Assembly: GCF_009834535.1 (NCBI RefSeq)
Contig: NC_045696.1
Span: 105,526,001-105,590,000, forward strand
DNA length: 64,000 bases
DNA from: Camelus ferus
Taxonomy: Eukaryota
Reading direction: 5' to 3'
This document shows positions 59,179-64,000 of this stretch, one piece after another; within the stretch, counting starts at the first letter, position 1; the number at the start of each line of letters is the position of its first letter. The position numbers were made by a program, and so were the translations under genes. Under the pieces are notes generated by a model. It saw only the letters and a list, made by a program, of their open reading frames with translations. It was not told the DNA's origin and did not search any database.

Positions 59179-59491
59179 TAATTCAGGGGATTTTTTGGTT
59201 TGTTTTGACTTCTTAATGCATCTTCCAAATGGCCACGCATACAAATTATGCCAGTGAGACTTCTACCAGCTGCAGGTAAGTCAGGGCAACCTAGAGGCCA
59301 CTTCCTGAAACAGGAGCTAAGTCAGTCACCACCCACAAAGGGTGATTGTGGCCAGGATATACCTGGTAAGGAGGCCTGCTTGTGCTCTGAGCCTTGGAGG
59401 GGCTGGTTCTGTCTGCAGAAGGCCCACTGCTCCTCCTGCTACTGCAGCTTCTGCTGAGGCCCCCATCCCCCCAAAGCTGCAAATTCTAGCC

Positions 59492-59704
59492 CAGGGGCTC
59501 TCAAGCTCTGCACATGGATGTTTGGACATGGATCATGCCTTGTGGTAGGGCTATCCCATACGTTGTAGCATGTTCAGCAGCATCTCTGGCCTCTACTCAC
59601 TAGAAGCTAATAGCACTTGCTCCCCAGGTATGACAAACAAAAACATCTCAACAATGTCAAATGTCTCCAGGGCATGCCAACTCAGCTCCAATTGAGAACC
59701 ACAC
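59492..59704 (-). mobile_element. MER20 hAT-Charlie MITE
   Basis: CAGCAGCATCTCTGGCCTCTACTCACTAGA...TTGAGAACCAC; 8-bp flanks TTCTAGCC / GTCTAACC (NTCTAGAN-type target). Confidence 0.9.
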
Positions 59705-60179
59705 GTCTAACCTATAACCTGCATAAGGAATAGCTCGATTCCAAAAAAAGAAGATTCTAGTTCAGTGCAGAATTAGGTTGTACAACCAGAGTGAGGAAGG
59801 GCTGTAAGTGGTGAGAAGGCTGTCTGGCAGGCTAGCATCAAAGAAAGATGGAGCATCCACTGGCACCCACAATAACTGTGCCTGTGACTAAGAGGCCCCC
59901 CAAAAGCACACCCATAAAGCAACATGGCACGAGAGGAGTCCAGAGCTCCCTGCTCCAGGGCCCTCACAAACACTCAAGGACACCACCGTAGTGACTGATG
60001 TGGTTACCACCAGCTTGTTTAGTGTTGTTTGGAATTCTTTAACACCTCCAATGTGCTGCCAAAAATTCTTGCTTTTGAAAATGTGCCAGGGTTGAAAACC
60101 ACACTTCCAGCTCCAGTTCTGCAGACCACCCCCCTACCCTTTGTAATGGGTCATTTTAGTCAAGAATCCACAAACATTA

Positions 60180-60480
60180 AGGGCCAGCCCCCAAAGCAGG
60201 CTCTGAGCTGGGCTCTGGGGCTGCAGCCGCAAACACACCAACATGATTCTTGCTTTCCCAGGGTCCAGAGTCGGTTGAGGAAGGCAGACTATTAAACAAG
60301 AGACTGCAAGAGCGAGATGGATGATCCAGGCTTTGGTTTGTTCATTTGTCAAGGGGTAAGAATGGTCCACGGTCATCCAACTCACAGGGTGGCTGGGTGA
60401 TCCTGAATGATGTTTGTGGAGGTGCCCTGAGACCTCAGTCGGGGATGCTATGCCCTGAGGAAAGACAGACCAAGACAGGG
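60180..60480 (-). mobile_element. L2 fragment
   Basis: CAGGCTCTGAGCTGGGCTCTGGGGCTGCAG...CCTCAGTCGGGGATGCTATGCCCTGAGGAA; weak match. Confidence 0.55.
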
Positions 60481-61202
60481 ACAAGGCAGGAAGTGGGAAG
60501 AGACACGGAGACCTTCTGCTGGCACAAAGGTCAAGCCTGTTTGCTCCATGAAGCAAAATTAGGCCAAACCCAGATCTGTCACTGATCTTTGGTGTCTAGG
60601 GTGGGGCCAGGATGGTGGATTGGCAGCTTCGCTGAGATGCCATGATAAAATGGAGATCAGACACCCAAGTGGGTGGTGAGGCATCCCAAGATATATATAT
60701 CAGGGTCTCTCTAGAAACCTGAAGTCTACTGGAGAGATAAACTACAAGCATTTAGGGCAACATGACTTTTGAGACAGAAAGTCCATGTTTTCCCCTAGCT
60801 CAATTTCTCCTTCCCCATGCCGGCCCCAAACCTTCCTACCCTCGAGAGAGGTGTGTGTTGCTAGGCAGGAGGCAGATGCCACTCAAAGACAACCTCTCTG
60901 CCTGTCCTGATGGGCTCCTGGGTGAACTACGTTTCATAATTTTAGCTGTGTGTGGTGAAGACCCTAAAATCAAAATGACTTAAATGAGATAGATGTTTAT
61001 TTTGCTCTCATGTAAAGGTCTGAACCAGAATGGCCTCTCTGCTCCCCAAAGTCACTGAGGCCCGAGTTCTTTTGCTCCTGTTGGTCTGCCATCCCTGGAG
61101 TGTTGCCCTCATCTACTTGGCACCAGATGGCTGTCCACCATGTCTGCATTCTAGCCAGCACGGAGGAAGAAGGGAGAGGAGGGCATGAGCCAGAAGTTGC
61201 TC

Positions 61203-61811
61203 CAGTTATGTGCCGGAGCTGGATCCCACTGGTTCCAAGGCATGATTGTGCATATCTCTTCCCAACTTGTATTTGTAGCTTGAAATCAGCCTTGGTGGCC
61301 ATATTTATAGCATGGAAATGGGCAAACACTACAATCAGGGCTTGATTTTCCCTGAAGAGCTGCTTGAGCGTTTTCGTTCGTTCGTTTGTTTAAAATTTTT
61401 ATTTTTATTGACGTATAGTCAGTTTACAATGTGTCAATTCCCGGTGTACAGCATAATGTTTCAGTCATACATATACCTACATATATTCATTTTCATATTT
61501 TTTCATTATAGGTTACCACAAGATATTGAATATAGTTCCCCGTGCCATACAGTAGAAACTTGTGTATCTATTGTGTAGATAATAGTTGGTATTTGCAAAT
61601 CTTGAACTCCCAGTTTATCCCTTCCCACCCCCTTCCCCCCTAGTAACCATGTTTGTTTTCTATGACTGTAAGTCTGTTTCTGTTTTGTAAATAAATTCAT
61701 TTGTGTCTTCATTTATTTTGGTTCCACATATGCGTGATATCATATGGTATTTTTCTTTCTCTTTCTGGCTTACGAATAGCTGCTTGTTAAACAATTACCA
61801 GCATAGCCCTC
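61203..61811 (+). mobile_element. MER63A-like hAT-Blackjack MITE, split by L1
   Basis: CAGTTATGTGCCGGAGCTGG...GATTGTGCATATCTCTTCCCAAC...GTAGCTTGAAATCAGCC...GGCAAACACTACAATCAGGGC...TTGTTAAACAATTACCAGCA. Confidence 0.85.
61367..61773 (-). mobile_element. 5'-truncated young L1 3' end
   Basis: TSD GAA(G/T)AGCTGCTTG at 61354-61366 and 61774-61786; 3'UTR matches other young L1s in the window. Confidence 0.92.
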
Positions 61812-63149
61812 ATGCACCTTTTCTGTTCACAATCCACTGGTGAGAACTTAGTGACATCGCCCCTTAGCTACAAGGGAAGCTAAGAAACACAGTTTCCAGT
61901 TGTATAGTCTTGTCCCCAGCTACAAATCTTATTGCTGTGGAATAAGGGTAGAGTGGATACTGGGGGAAACTAGCAGCCTCTGCCCCCAGGTTTGTTGAGG
62001 GGATTGTGTCTAGGAGATGAGACCTGGATTCACATGTGGCGGAGCTGGTTTCAGAGACCCCTTCCAGGCAGAACTCTTGGGTAGCAGCCCAGTGGCTCCA
62101 GGCAGGTTCCCCCGTATATGCTGCAACCTGATCCACAGAAAGCACTCACAAAGCCTGACTGACAATTCCCAGACACAACCCTCACTCTCTGCCACAGGCC
62201 ATGTGACCCTCTGGACTCTTTCAGTGAGCCTTGAAGCCCTCCCACCAGCTCGAGGTGAGGGCAGACATGTCCCACTGCCCAGTCCAGGGCTCACCTACTC
62301 CAGATCTCTCCAAAATCCTCCTCACCAAAATCTCCTTTTCTTCTTCAACTCCTTCCAGGACGCAGTGTTTTTTTTAGAGTTATTAAACCAGTTCTTCAGA
62401 CTCCCTTTGAAAAACGCATATCTATCTTGGGCTGCCTCACCACCCACTTGGGTGTCTGATCTCCATTTTATCATGGCACCTCAGCTGAAGCCGCCAATCC
62501 ACCATCCTGCTCCTCTGCTCCTGTGAGCAGCTCACTGAGATCCACTTACCATAAACAACTGTAAACACACGGTACAAGCAAGCCCTGGATGTCACTAGTA
62601 ACACTGATGACCAGTTTGGGGGTCAGTCCCTCAAATTGATAATCATCACAGTTCCTGCATCTCCATTTCAGAGGCTCTGCTTCCTAAGGGACTCAGCTCT
62701 GTCACCCCAAGTCCACCCACCGACCTGAGCAGACTCAGACTCAGCCAAGGGGCGCTTCTGCCCCAGACCCCCACCCCTACTTTACATGACACTGCCCTGG
62801 CCCTTCTCTGGCTGTACCCCTGCTCCCAGAGTGAAGAGTCCACAGGTCTAACAGGGCATGACCACCTACATGGGACCCCCTTCTAGAACACACTCCAGGT
62901 CCCCAGGACTCTGGAATTCCCTGCACCTCCCTCCAGGGCCTGAGTCAGCATCTTCCCTGATTCTGTCCTCCAATGGCAAAATGAGTCCCTGGTGTGTGTA
63001 TCTCTTGACCCATGAGATGACCAAGGGTGGCTGTGTGAGGGTGTCTCCACAGCCTGGACAGTGTCCACAGACCTGTATGCAAGACCCCTCACAGAGCAGG
63101 GCTGAGCCGGGGTGGGACGAGAACAGGGGTGGGCCGTGGGCTGGGGGCT

Positions 63150-63388
63150 GGCTAGCCCGAAGCTGCTGCATTCCAGCATAGAATTCAAAGGAGTCTGAAA
63201 ATTCTAAATTTAAATCCAGCCTTCTAGATCATTACAAAGGAGCATTTGTCAAGGTAAAGGAAAGAAACATATTTTACTTAACTTTGTTAGCTTGATTTAT
63301 AACTTTTAAACATAAAGACATGTGGTATGAGGACCTCCCCTACATTTGTACTCTTGCCATAGGCCTCCAAAGGTTAGGAGTGGCCCAC
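63150..63388 (+). mobile_element. hAT-Tip100 (Zaphod/MER115-like) terminal fragment
   Basis: TTTGTCAAGGTA...TTTGTTAGCTTGATTTATAACTTTTAAA...ATTTGTACTCTTGCC; may extend upstream to ~62700. Confidence 0.6.
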
Positions 63389-63859
63389 CCCTGAGAGCTC
63401 CCTTCTTTCCACCCTGTATTACTCAGACCAGAAAACGGCACTTACAAAGTACCTACATCTCCAAGTAACTCAGCAGCCAGGCTGATGACAGCAAGCCCAG
63501 CACCTGGTTTGTGCTGGCACTAAAAGGGTATTCCTTTTGCAGCCATAAGAATATTTGCAATGCATGAAACAGGAGGGCCCTTAGGGGGTGAGGGAGGGCA
63601 GGCTTGGCTCTACCTTGACAGGGACATTAAAGGCAGCAGGGTCACTTGGGAGAAGGAGGGGCAAGGCAGAGTCAAGGGAGTAGAACAGGCAGTCAGAGGG
63701 AAGCAGAGACAGAGAGAGCCTGAGACTCGATCACATGTGGGAACCCCCCAGCCCCCTAGACCCATCCTTGCATGAAGCCAGAGCTACCCTGGACTTGTCA
63801 CTTACACCAGCCAATGCACTGACCTTGTCATCTATCAACAAGACAGCTGTGACTAATCC

Positions 63860-63960
63860 AACCCACACATTTTACACATGAAGATACCAAAGCCCAGAGA
63901 GGGGAAGGAGCACTACCCAAGGCCAGCAGGACCACAGTCAAGAACCAGGGCTATGACTTG
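63860..63960 (-). mobile_element. MIR fragment
   Basis: CATTTTACACATGAAGATACCAAAGCCCAGAGAGGGGAAG...CCCAAGGCCA. Confidence 0.7.
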
Positions 63961-64000
63961 TGCATATTTAACATCTCTGTGTCCTTTTTTATTTGCTAAG

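Larger units (their letters stand above)
60920..61990 (-). mobile_element. ERVL-type LTR (LTR33-like), interrupted by MER63 and L1
   Basis: AATGACTTAAATGAGATAGATGTTTATTTT...CCAGATGGCTG, and after the inserts CCACTGGTGAGAACTTAGTGACAT...CTAGCAGCCTCTGCC. Confidence 0.75.

Noticed and set aside
59273..59281. Perfect splice donor CAG|GTAAGT
   Set aside because: No convincing acceptor or ORF; isolated consensus donors occur by chance.

Overview
Mammalian genomic DNA, most likely camelid (Camelus/Vicugna/Lama). The basis is four tRNA-Ala(AGC)-derived SINEs resembling the camelid Vic-1 family and several lineage-type L1 3' ends. I recognise no protein-coding gene, RNA gene or prokaryotic system. Much of the window is interspersed repeat: a ~12 kb nested L1 pile (4.2-16.5 kb), further L1 blocks (28.3-30.0, 36-38.4, 40.6-41.3, 43.3-49.1, 56.1-57.6 kb), many MIR/L2 fragments, ERVL-type solo LTRs, hAT and Tigger MITEs, and microsatellites. 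Most of the ORF track is L1/L2-derived or chance. The least explained part is a repeat-poor, locally CpG-retaining domain at ~17.2-28.2 kb. It holds dense transcription-factor motif blocks, 8 CCAAT/ATTGG boxes in ~250 bp, a TATA / 127-aa ORF / ATTAAA cassette on + and a canonical poly(A) site on -. This could be an enhancer cluster and/or an unannotated divergent transcription unit (inference only). Notable retrotransposition events include a 5'-inverted L1 whose 3'UTR carries ~250 bp of foreign mRNA-like sequence, and three L1 copies truncated at nearly the same point. Repeat family names come from remembered consensus motifs; boundaries are approximate unless a TSD is given.
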